Origin: Methanomethylovorans hollandica DSM 15978
GTDB taxonomy: Archaea; Halobacteriota; Methanosarcinia; Methanosarcinales; Methanosarcinaceae
Direction: 5' to 3'
Assembly (NCBI RefSeq): GCF_000328665.1
Contig: NC_019977.1
Span: forward strand, 868,001-932,000
DNA: 64,000 nucleotides
The translations under genes and the position numbers were made by a program. Within the stretch, counting starts at the first letter, position 1. Each line of letters opens with the position of its first letter. Below the pieces are notes generated by a model. It was not told the origin of the DNA, ran no database searches, and worked only from the letters and a program-made list of their open reading frames with translations. Shown here in pieces: positions 10,205 through 18,774 of this stretch.

Positions 10205-12115
10205 ATGATCAAGGAAGATGGAACTGGCGCTCTGGAAAAAGGATATGATGCAAAGGACGCTATGTCAAAATTTAACAAGCTGATCGCATTACGTTTTAAC
10301 GATAGCTCAGGAAATATCTTCAAAGATCAGGATGACATCTCTCTTATGTCTGTTGTGGAAGAGGTCATTGCCTCACCAGAAAAAGGAAGTACAGAGGATA
10401 CTGTAGTTTGTGCTGATCCCAACAATAATGCTGATTCATCTGCAAATGATGCTGTGAGCTATCAACAGGAGCAACGATCATCTGTTGTGACTATGGGAAC
10501 AGATCATGGGCAGGAATGGTATAATAAACTAAACGAATTGGCTTCCACCAGTTTTGAGGGAGTGTCTTATGAGTCATGTGCAATAAAGCTGGAAGATCCT
10601 AAAAATACAAGTACAATTGTTCGTGAGCCAGCTGGACAATCAGTGATCGATCAAAAATTGAATGCAATATTGAAAAAGAACGAAGATGCAATAAAGTCTA
10701 TTCCGGATAAGGAACAAGAAAGTGCCGTTTTTGTCCAAAATGGGAAAGGAAAAGCAGCATCATTTCCGGATCGAGAAAAACAAACACAAACCTCAGATCA
10801 GATCACAAAGGGCATTACCAGGGATGTGGGTGACAAGCCTCTCGTAACCGAGGATATTGTCAGCATTATGGATAAGCTGGATTCAATTGAATCCGAGATG
10901 AAGAAGAAAGAGCTTTCACGGGCTGAAACTATGCGCATGCCAGCGGCTGAAAAGCATATTCCTCGGCAGCAAATGAATGGGAATATGAAACAATCTTCCT
11001 TTGAGGCTCAGTTCAAAAAAGCTCATGGAGTTAAAAATGATCTGCCTGCAAAAGTGGCTGTGTTGTACTCCGAAGCTCACGTTGCACATTCACCTAAAAA
11101 CACCAGTGTTCAGGACTTGGAACGCCCCGAGCGTCTTACGAGGGCTATGGATTATCTGCAACGCAGTGGTGTTTTTGGTGAACGATGTGATCTTATCACT
11201 GAAAAATATCCTGCTTCAGAAGAAGACCTTTTACTGGTCCATTCAAATGATTATATCAGGTTCGTCAGATCATACTCTGCTTCAGGTGGGGGTTTTCTGG
11301 GTGACAGCACTTACATGACTTCCGAGACCTTCGAAGTTGCTCGACTTGCTGTGGGTTCGGCCATAAAGGCCGGCGAACTTGTGCTGTCAGGGCAATACGC
11401 CGCAGCCATGGTGATGATACGACCTCCTGGTCACCATGCGAGTGTTGATAAATACAGAGGATTTTGTATTTTTAATAATGTGGCTGTTCTGGCTCGTTAT
11501 CTGCAGAAGAAAAAAGGTCTGTCCAAAATAATGATCATTGACTGGGACGCCCATGCAGGTGATGGCACCATGGAGATATTCTACAATGATCCCACTGTAA
11601 TGTTTGTATCCCTGCATCGTGACCCATATGATTTCTATCCACGCAGAGGTTTCAGTTCCCAGATAGGAGAAGGGCCGGGTTTGGGTTACACTGTCAACGT
11701 GGAAATACCTGTGGGAGCAGGAGACGAAGAATATGCTTTTGCTTTTGACGAATTGGTGATCCCTCTTTTGCATAACTTCTCACCGGATTTTGTAATATGC
11801 AGCTGTGGGTTCGATGCCTATTACAAGGAACAGCACATAAAGCTGAATCTTACTTCTGCTGGCTATCACATGATGACACAGAAGATCATGTCTGCCATAA
11901 ATGGAAACTTTGTGCTCGTAATGGAAGGTGGTTATCATAAGTTCAATGGCCATCTTACGCATGTGGTCATCAATTCGCTGCTTGACCTCCCGAATCCTAT
12001 AGACGATATACTTAAAACTACTGAATATGAAAGCAATCAGCAGAATATGATCCTTAAAGAGACAGAGAAAAATATCTCCTATGTTAAGAATAAATTAGCA
12101 TTCAAGGACCGCTAA
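10205..12115 (+). CDS. Zn-dependent histone deacetylase-family protein with long N-terminal extension
   Basis: ERPERL, RPPGHHA, GFC, IDWDAHAGDGT, GFDA and EGGY catalytic motifs all present; about 280 polar N-terminal residues precede the domain. Confidence 0.93.
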   Translation: MIKEDGTGALEKGYDAKDAMSKFNKLIALRFNDSSGNIFKDQDDISLMSVVEEVIASPEKGSTEDTVVCADPNNNADSSANDAVSYQQEQRSSVVTMGTDHGQEWYNKLNELASTSFEGVSYESCAIKLEDPKNTSTIVREPAGQSVIDQKLNAILKKNEDAIKSIPDKEQESAVFVQNGKGKAASFPDREKQTQTSDQITKGITRDVGDKPLVTEDIVSIMDKLDSIESEMKKKELSRAETMRMPAAEKHIPRQQMNGNMKQSSFEAQFKKAHGVKNDLPAKVAVLYSEAHVAHSPKNTSVQDLERPERLTRAMDYLQRSGVFGERCDLITEKYPASEEDLLLVHSNDYIRFVRSYSASGGGFLGDSTYMTSETFEVARLAVGSAIKAGELVLSGQYAAAMVMIRPPGHHASVDKYRGFCIFNNVAVLARYLQKKKGLSKIMIIDWDAHAGDGTMEIFYNDPTVMFVSLHRDPYDFYPRRGFSSQIGEGPGLGYTVNVEIPVGAGDEEYAFAFDELVIPLLHNFSPDFVICSCGFDAYYKEQHIKLNLTSAGYHMMTQKIMSAINGNFVLVMEGGYHKFNGHLTHVVINSLLDLPNPIDDILKTTEYESNQQNMILKETEKNISYVKNKLAFKDR

Positions 12116-12124
12116 AGAGGAAGA

Positions 12125-12256
12125 ATGCGCAGCACAGGTGTGATATTCAATACTAATCATGAGCTCCATGATTATATGCTGAAAGGTGGTTATCATGATG
12201 ATCTTGGCCTCCCGGCAAAGTTCTTGCAGGTGCATGTTCGGGGAGAAGCTGAATGA
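12125..12256 (+). pseudogene. 43-aa mini-ORF, probable internally deleted remnant of a second HDAC gene
   Basis: Manual translation MRSTGVIFNTNHELHDYMLKGGYHDDLGLPAKFLQVHVRGEAE*; AGAGG RBS; HDAC-like N-terminus joined to a GGYH motif. Confidence 0.55.
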
Positions 12257-12312
12257 ACTTAAGAACCTGTGTCATATTACTGGGAATTTTAACATGTAGA
12301 TTTGGTGTTCAT

Positions 12313-13230
12313 ATGATAGAACTTGCTTATTATAATAGTGGATTAAGGTTCTTTAAGCTGAAATATCCATATGAGCTGGATAAGCTGAAAATTGGCAGAT
12401 TTGATTATTTCAATAAACATCTGGGTATGAACGACTACATGGGTAACTTTAGCAGTTGGCTCAAAAGACAATCAGTGACCCTTATAGTTGGAATAGATAA
12501 TGTTACCATCGTGGGTTGGGTAATGGCAGAGAGATGGAAGCAAAATGCTAAGGATGGCCATCCTGTCTATGTATTGAGGGCTATCGAGGTTTCTCCGTCT
12601 ATTGCGCGTACAGGTATTGGTAGAACTCTATTCGTACTAAGCTTCAAAGCCTGTCCCGGACATATGCTGACCAAGCCTGTGAACTCTGTAGCAAAGACTT
12701 TTTTTCTTTCCCTGGGTTTCCAGGAACCCGACAGAAATTGTCCAGTTGATCTGAGTAGTTATCCTGGTTATCTTTTTCTTCCTGAAGCTTACGAATTGCA
12801 GAGCATTCCCCATGAACTTATAATGATCAAAGGGGGACTTGTGGAGTGCCAGAATGAAACTTCTGTGAAGGATATTCTCCGCCCGGCCTTCACTTTAAAT
12901 TCTCTTCAGGATGCTGAAGTGACTCCTGAAAAAGAAGATACGCTCATCAGAAGCATTGGTCTGAATAACATAGCCAAAGCTGAACCAAAAGCAGAAACAG
13001 ATTGCAATTGTGCCGGATACTCCAAACTCTCTTCCATTCCTGTGATCGCAGATGTTGCAGACCAAGCTGATTCTCAGAGCAGAGAGTTCTTAAAAGAACA
13101 CAAAATGATGACCTCTTGCTGTTGTGGTGAGTATATGACCCATAAATATGTAGTATCAGGTAGCTCCCGGGGTTTTCTTTTTGTATGCACTTCGTGCGGA
13201 AAAGAACGATATTTTCTTAAAAATCAATGA
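12313..13230 (+). CDS. GNAT acetyltransferase with C-terminal Cys/Zn-ribbon
   Basis: Acetyl-CoA motif EVSPSIARTGIGRTL; C-terminal CCCG...CTSCG; start may be 12253 or 12313. Confidence 0.85.
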   Translation: MIELAYYNSGLRFFKLKYPYELDKLKIGRFDYFNKHLGMNDYMGNFSSWLKRQSVTLIVGIDNVTIVGWVMAERWKQNAKDGHPVYVLRAIEVSPSIARTGIGRTLFVLSFKACPGHMLTKPVNSVAKTFFLSLGFQEPDRNCPVDLSSYPGYLFLPEAYELQSIPHELIMIKGGLVECQNETSVKDILRPAFTLNSLQDAEVTPEKEDTLIRSIGLNNIAKAEPKAETDCNCAGYSKLSSIPVIADVADQADSQSREFLKEHKMMTSCCCGEYMTHKYVVSGSSRGFLFVCTSCGKERYFLKNQ

Positions 13231-13369
13231 TATTCTTATTTTTCCATTCATCATCTTCTTTCATGATCTTAAATGGTTGCATTCACCTGCAAACTCATAG
13301 AAACTGTTTTATTTGTTTAATTCTATATATTATCTACTTATACTAAAAACAATTAAGGATAGGTAAAAC

Positions 13370-13957
13370 ATGGCTCAGGAGCAGGGTATTGCAAAAGTGG
13401 ATCTTAATTATATCTTCAAAGCTGTCATTATGGGAACTTCTCTCTACTCTGATAACTGGGAGAAAGGAGTACTTTATCTCACTAATCTAAATCTGTGGTT
13501 CTCTGAAGGTAAAGGCTGGTTCACTATTCCACTTAAGAACATAACAATGGTGGGTCGGGAGGTTCCTAATACCATACGTATGAAAGCACAGCGTGCCATA
13601 GGTACAACCCAAGTACTGATCATCGACTATCTTCAGGCTTCCAGTATAAGTGCTGATTCATATGCATCATCAGTGGCACTATTAGGTGGTAACGAAGTAG
13701 TCGTTAACACCTTGAAAGCTTATCTGCAGCCGATGTGTGGAACTCCTCCCAGGGCTCAGTCCCTTTCAGACATTGATAAGAAACTGCTTTACATGCTTTA
13801 CACAGGTATCAATGATATGCTTAAACTTTCCTTCCTCATAGGAACGGATGCAGAAACCCTTGCCGGGAGTTTCAAAAATCTCAGGGATCAGGGACTCTGT
13901 GATACAATGGGAAAACTGACACAAGAAGGTATGACAAGGATCAAAGAGCTGATGTAA
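13370..13957 (+). CDS. Short CheF-like (DUF439) archaeal chemotaxis/motor adaptor
   Basis: W..GVLYLTNLNLWF....FTIPLKNI..VG pattern of the CheF domain plus a C-terminal helical/wHTH-like region (LLYMLYTG...LRDQGL...LTQEG). Confidence 0.7.
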   Translation: MAQEQGIAKVDLNYIFKAVIMGTSLYSDNWEKGVLYLTNLNLWFSEGKGWFTIPLKNITMVGREVPNTIRMKAQRAIGTTQVLIIDYLQASSISADSYASSVALLGGNEVVVNTLKAYLQPMCGTPPRAQSLSDIDKKLLYMLYTGINDMLKLSFLIGTDAETLAGSFKNLRDQGLCDTMGKLTQEGMTRIKELM

Positions 13958-14000
13958 TGGTCTTGTTTCTGACAATTTTTACTGGCAGGGGGTCTAGGAT

Positions 14001-14984
14001 ATGAGTTATATACCCCCAGGATTGCCCCCTTTTATGACCTCACAGGCAGGTGGTCCTCCACCCATGGCTTCAGGTGGCAGTTTTGCTCAGTCTCTTGGTG
14101 CTTTTGGTACCATGCTAAAGATACAGGAAACGATCAGCACCAGATTCCCAAAATCCAAGGTACCATGGAAGGATACCCGGATCTTTCTGCGTGCACATAC
14201 CATTGAATCGATCAGGTCCACTCCTTTGTATGGTTTTATGATGTATTTGTTCAAAGAAGTGGGTCTGGGAGACATGCAACTCGTAGGATATGCGCCAATG
14301 CATTATGTGTTCGCAGTTCCTGGCTGTCCTGTTTGTAGCATATATCCTGCTCTTCACGATCAGAAAGTATGCGTAGCTACGACCGATGCCTTACACAGGT
14401 TCTTCAAAGAGGATCTAGAGTTGGAATGCATGGTCGAGGAGACAGAATGTGCGAAAGACAGTGGAGCGGTTTGCAAGTTCAAAATATCATTGCAGCCCAT
14501 TTCTGCTTATCAGATCCTCCTTGATGATAATGACAAATTGATCCTCTCCGGGAAAAGACCTCAGGCTATAGAACAGCCTGAACTTGTCAGCAGGGTAGAG
14601 ATTCTTACCATCTATAAACTTCTTGATCGAGGCAAACTTTCTGATATCGGTGAAGCTTACATGCAGTTTGCAGGCAGTATGCCGGTAAAAGAAAAAATAT
14701 TCGATCCACCATGGAAGACAGCCGAGGAGCTCAAATCCATAATTTCTAAACATGGTGCCTTTGGTGCCGCTTTTGGGGAAATGGCTGCTAAAGTTCAGTC
14801 TGTACAGCCTTCCGCTACAAAGATGCCTCCAACTCCATCTGTACCGTCTACATCGTCTGTTTTGCCATCATCGTCCGTTCCTCCTGTGCCATCGATCCAG
14901 GAGGAGGTATCGAAGATCAAAGATGAAGCAAAGAATGCAGGAAGCTTTGCTGAGCTCATAGCAAAGATGAAAAAACAAAACTGA
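14001..14984 (+). CDS. V4R domain protein
   Basis: GLG..., CPVC, C.ATTDAL, VEETECAKDSGAVCKF V4R Cys pattern; Pro-rich termini. Confidence 0.85.
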   Translation: MSYIPPGLPPFMTSQAGGPPPMASGGSFAQSLGAFGTMLKIQETISTRFPKSKVPWKDTRIFLRAHTIESIRSTPLYGFMMYLFKEVGLGDMQLVGYAPMHYVFAVPGCPVCSIYPALHDQKVCVATTDALHRFFKEDLELECMVEETECAKDSGAVCKFKISLQPISAYQILLDDNDKLILSGKRPQAIEQPELVSRVEILTIYKLLDRGKLSDIGEAYMQFAGSMPVKEKIFDPPWKTAEELKSIISKHGAFGAAFGEMAAKVQSVQPSATKMPPTPSVPSTSSVLPSSSVPPVPSIQEEVSKIKDEAKNAGSFAELIAKMKKQN

Positions 14985-14993
14985 GGATTCAAA

Positions 14994-15335
14994 ATGGTTC
15001 GCGATTCACTAAATCTTAAATGTGACCTGATCTCCCGCTTTACCGGCGAGATGGTACGTGTCATCACCGGCAGTTCTCATTATAGAGGAGAATGCCTGAT
15101 GGTAGATATACGATCAAATGATATCTTTCTCAAAGATGTCGTACGTAAGGTAGATTCCGGCTGGGCCAAAGTAACTGACCTCATGTTTATAGGTGGGCCT
15201 TCCGTTGAGGTCATTTATGTTGAATTGGGTTATCCGTTTGAGTTGAACGAATCGCTGATCCTCTCTGTGGAGAACGGCCAGATAAGTCATAGCTCTGATA
15301 TGGACGATGATCATGATTTGGAGGGACTGTTATGA
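14994..15335 (+). CDS. Small Sm/LSm-like fold protein
   Basis: L..FTGEMVRV....YRGEC..VD...DIFLKDV resembles the Sm1 motif; MFIGG.SVEVI resembles Sm2. Confidence 0.5.
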   Translation: MVRDSLNLKCDLISRFTGEMVRVITGSSHYRGECLMVDIRSNDIFLKDVVRKVDSGWAKVTDLMFIGGPSVEVIYVELGYPFELNESLILSVENGQISHSSDMDDDHDLEGLL

Positions 15336-16411
15336 GCGAAGAGGTTAGGATCCCTACAGGCATATTGGGCCTGGACAGGGTGATAGAAGGCGGTGTGCGC
15401 GATAATACCACATTGCTAGTTGTGGGCTCAAGCGGTACTGGTAAATCTACTTTTGCAATGCAGTATCTTGCTTATGGGCTTGAACATGGGGAGAATGCTC
15501 TTTATGTCAGCATGGAAGAACCGGCAGAACAGATCCTCAGGGAAGCCCGTATGCTGGGTTTCAATTTAGATAGATACTATAACAAAGAACTTTTCTTCTT
15601 CCACTCCAAGGGAAAGGATTTTGTCAAGCTGGTCGACGAACAGTTGCCAGCTCTTGTGGAGGCTAATAAGGACTATGCTGTAAAGACACGGGTGGTCATT
15701 GACCCCCTTACTCCCCTTATCTGGGCCATTCAGGATAAGCAGGAACAGCGAGATATCATCACCAAGCTGTTCTATACATTGAAGCAGCTTGGCCCAGTGC
15801 TTATCACGACCGAAGAACATGCATCTCCGGGAGAAACGGTAGGTGAGGATGTGCTCATCCCTATCTATATGTCCGATGGCGCTGTTCATCTTTCCTACAG
15901 GCCTATTGGCGGCGCTTTTAACCGGGCTCTTGAGATCATAAAAATGCGTGCTACAAGGCACGGGGAAGAAGTCTACCCGTATATATTTGTCCGTGGAATA
16001 GGTGTTGTCGTCAGAACCACTCCTCTTATTTCAGCTGAAGATGCAAATAAATACGATGATCTATTCGACAAAGCGATAAGAACGGCAGGTGATCTCGGTG
16101 CTTCTGAAAGCCTGCTTGAACGTATAGAATATGTGAAGAAGAACTGGGCATATTCCTTCTCGCCCAAGGAAACTCTCCAGATATTCTTTGAATCCCAGGG
16201 GCTTACCGGTTCCATTCGAAAAGAGGATGTTGAAAGACGGAAACAGGAAGCTCAGCATATTGCCGAGCATGCAAGTGAGCAGTCTGCTTTCCTTGCAGAT
16301 GTTGAAAAGACACTTGTTGGTCCAGAACAGACATCCTGTTTTACAAAACAGAAATCTGAAGGTCTTATTGATATCGAGGAGCTTAAGGAACTTGAACAGC
16401 TTGTGAAATAA
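15332..16411 (+). CDS. KaiC/RAD55-family ATPase (single RecA domain plus C-terminal extension)
   Basis: IPTGILGLD, Walker A GSSGTGKS, SMEEP, Walker B VVIDP, EIIKMRAT. Confidence 0.92.
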   Translation: MSEEVRIPTGILGLDRVIEGGVRDNTTLLVVGSSGTGKSTFAMQYLAYGLEHGENALYVSMEEPAEQILREARMLGFNLDRYYNKELFFFHSKGKDFVKLVDEQLPALVEANKDYAVKTRVVIDPLTPLIWAIQDKQEQRDIITKLFYTLKQLGPVLITTEEHASPGETVGEDVLIPIYMSDGAVHLSYRPIGGAFNRALEIIKMRATRHGEEVYPYIFVRGIGVVVRTTPLISAEDANKYDDLFDKAIRTAGDLGASESLLERIEYVKKNWAYSFSPKETLQIFFESQGLTGSIRKEDVERRKQEAQHIAEHASEQSAFLADVEKTLVGPEQTSCFTKQKSEGLIDIEELKELEQLVK

Positions 16412-16431
16412 GCATATCTGATGTGGTGCCG

Positions 16432-17202
16432 ATGGCAGTGAAAAAAACAAAAGAGGATCTTGAGGACGTATCTCTGCTAAAGTTTGCACTGGTATCCCAG
16501 TTGAAGAGGACCTACGAAACAAGCGATGTGGATATATTGCTGTTTGCGGGAGCAGATGGAAAGATATATGCTTCGTATATCCCAGACAGTATTGGCCCTA
16601 AGATATTCGAACTGACAAATCTCATTACCAGCAACTTATTGCATATAAATCAGCAACTCTCCATGGGTTTGCAGCAATCAGTGATCGAATATGATTTCGG
16701 TACTGTAATTTTCTCATCTGTGGGAAGAGGCGCACTGTTGATCTCATTGTTCACCACCAAAGTGGACCTTTCTCAGAACATGCGAAAAATAGAGATCACA
16801 AGGGAAGTCATGCAGCATCTTTTCGAGCAGCGGCCGATGACAAAGGATCAGCTCTCAACATACCCCGCAGATGTTTCCCGGGAACTGAGGGAACTTGCAA
16901 AGTGTGTGTTCAATGAAATGTACACACAATCTTCTGAATATAAAAAGAATATGGAGATACTTACAGATATCAAAAAGAAGATAACAGGTGTCATGGGACG
17001 CGGAGAGGTTGATCAGGTATTGGCCATGGCCTTTAATGAAATTGCTTCTTCTCCAAAATGGATGACAGAAAAACTCTGGCTCCTTTTACTGGAACTGGTT
17101 ATTAATGACCAGATACGTCCTCTTCATGGTGATTATATTGCTGATGTTTGTATGGCCGAGTGGATGCCTGATATCAAACGTAAGCTTGAGTCTTTTGTAT
17201 GA
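16432..17202 (+). CDS. Roadblock/LC7 (MglB-like) domain protein with helical C-terminal domain
   Basis: ILLFAGADGKIYAS and LQQSVIEYDFGTVIFSSVG..ALLISL roadblock-type pattern. Confidence 0.75.
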   Translation: MAVKKTKEDLEDVSLLKFALVSQLKRTYETSDVDILLFAGADGKIYASYIPDSIGPKIFELTNLITSNLLHINQQLSMGLQQSVIEYDFGTVIFSSVGRGALLISLFTTKVDLSQNMRKIEITREVMQHLFEQRPMTKDQLSTYPADVSRELRELAKCVFNEMYTQSSEYKKNMEILTDIKKKITGVMGRGEVDQVLAMAFNEIASSPKWMTEKLWLLLLELVINDQIRPLHGDYIADVCMAEWMPDIKRKLESFV

Positions 17203-18644
17203 AAAACGGATGTGGAAGTATGGTGAAAGTCACTGATCTGAAAAACAAGCAGGAAGAAAGTTCATGTTGTATCGGTTCACACGATGATACTGGCACTGGG
17301 TGCCAGCCTGATAACGGAATGTCAGTTACAGATATTCTGCTCCCATCCCTTTCATCAGTACAGGCAGATGTATCAGAGACAACTGATGGTTGCAATTTCT
17401 CTGAAAAGGTTGTTGAAAATACATCTGGAGACAGATCAACGATCATTTATGATGATACAGCTTTTCAGCTTATTCAGCAAAAACTTGCTTATTTTGAAGT
17501 CATGTTCTCTGAAGTACAGCTCAAGATCGAAGAGGGCCTTTTGCAGAATTCTGGTTCTTTAAATGCTTTGAAAGATGAGATGTCCTCTCTTGCTTCAAAT
17601 AAGGAATTAGCTAAATTGAGGAAAGAATTCGATTCATTACACAAAAAACTAAGTAGAGTGGTAAAGGAAGAAGACACCTTCAGCAGTCAGTCCCTAAATG
17701 CTTCCAAAATCCCCCCGGATGTGCTCCAGATTACCTATTCAAAAACCTTGAATGATCTTTACAGAGCAATATTGAATATCTATGGTGACAGTGAAGCAGA
17801 AGCGATCGTTAATTCTATCAGGGACAAAGTCCGAGGGTTCTGTGCAGGTGTAGATTTTTTCCGGTTCGAAGAGGGTACCTTTGTTGTAAAGGAGCTTTCA
17901 GATGCAATACAGTCCAGGCTGGTTTCCACTAAGCAGATACATGGTACTTATATAGAGATATTTAAAAGAATGGCAGAATACGCTCCAAATTATGAATCCC
18001 AGGATTTCAGATCGTTTGTGGAAACAGGCAGCAGGGAATATTCAGTTGAGAAAATAGCCGAACATAATCGTCGTCTTAAGGACTTGGAATGTCTTGTAAA
18101 CAAATACTTGCAGGAGTTAAACAATGTTTCTGAGAACATGGGATTTATGGCACAGTTACAGAACCAGCAGCTTGAGGAGATAAAAGCCAAATCAGAGGAT
18201 ATTATCAATTTAAAGGACCAGATATCAAGCCTTTCGCATGCTGTAAATTTACATACGCGTCTTTTCAAGAAACTCAATAACAATTTGGAAAATATACACT
18301 CTCAGCTAGAATTAATAGAGTCTGGTTCTGATAACAAAGTGGTGGCACAGAATGTTCTGTCGATCTCTTCTATAATTTCTCCGGCTGTACCCTCACAGGC
18401 CGAGCTTGCAGCTCTGGCTGCATCTTTGAATGATCTGAGGGAACAAACATCACTGATGGTGTCAGAGCTGTATTCACGTGTAGATTCGGTTTTCTCAGAC
18501 GTGCATGGTACTGAAAGCGTTTCAAAAGAAGTGGCTTTATTACAAGAACAGCTTCAGAAGCTACGTTCAGACATACAGGAAGATGTGATGTATATAGATC
18601 TGGGTGACATTGAAGACTTTAATATTAATGAAGATGAAGAATAA
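17199..18644 (+). CDS. Coiled-coil protein, possibly C-terminally truncated
   Basis: Long heptad-rich segments around a central globular region; ATGA overlap with the roadblock gene. Confidence 0.8.
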   Translation: MKNGCGSMVKVTDLKNKQEESSCCIGSHDDTGTGCQPDNGMSVTDILLPSLSSVQADVSETTDGCNFSEKVVENTSGDRSTIIYDDTAFQLIQQKLAYFEVMFSEVQLKIEEGLLQNSGSLNALKDEMSSLASNKELAKLRKEFDSLHKKLSRVVKEEDTFSSQSLNASKIPPDVLQITYSKTLNDLYRAILNIYGDSEAEAIVNSIRDKVRGFCAGVDFFRFEEGTFVVKELSDAIQSRLVSTKQIHGTYIEIFKRMAEYAPNYESQDFRSFVETGSREYSVEKIAEHNRRLKDLECLVNKYLQELNNVSENMGFMAQLQNQQLEEIKAKSEDIINLKDQISSLSHAVNLHTRLFKKLNNNLENIHSQLELIESGSDNKVVAQNVLSISSIISPAVPSQAELAALAASLNDLREQTSLMVSELYSRVDSVFSDVHGTESVSKEVALLQEQLQKLRSDIQEDVMYIDLGDIEDFNINEDEE

Positions 18645-18774
18645 CTTATGGAGATACTGGATGAGACTTTATCTTCGGGATCGGTCACTTCGCAGAGAAA
18701 AGGAAGATACCTGTACTACGGTGCTTGCAAAAAATAGAGAGCGCTCCATTACAACATATACATGGGATAGTATA

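Noticed and set aside
18604..18774. N-terminal extension of GNAT2 in the ORF track
   Set aside because: Overlaps the upstream gene and its in-frame tail; ATG 18775 is the more plausible start
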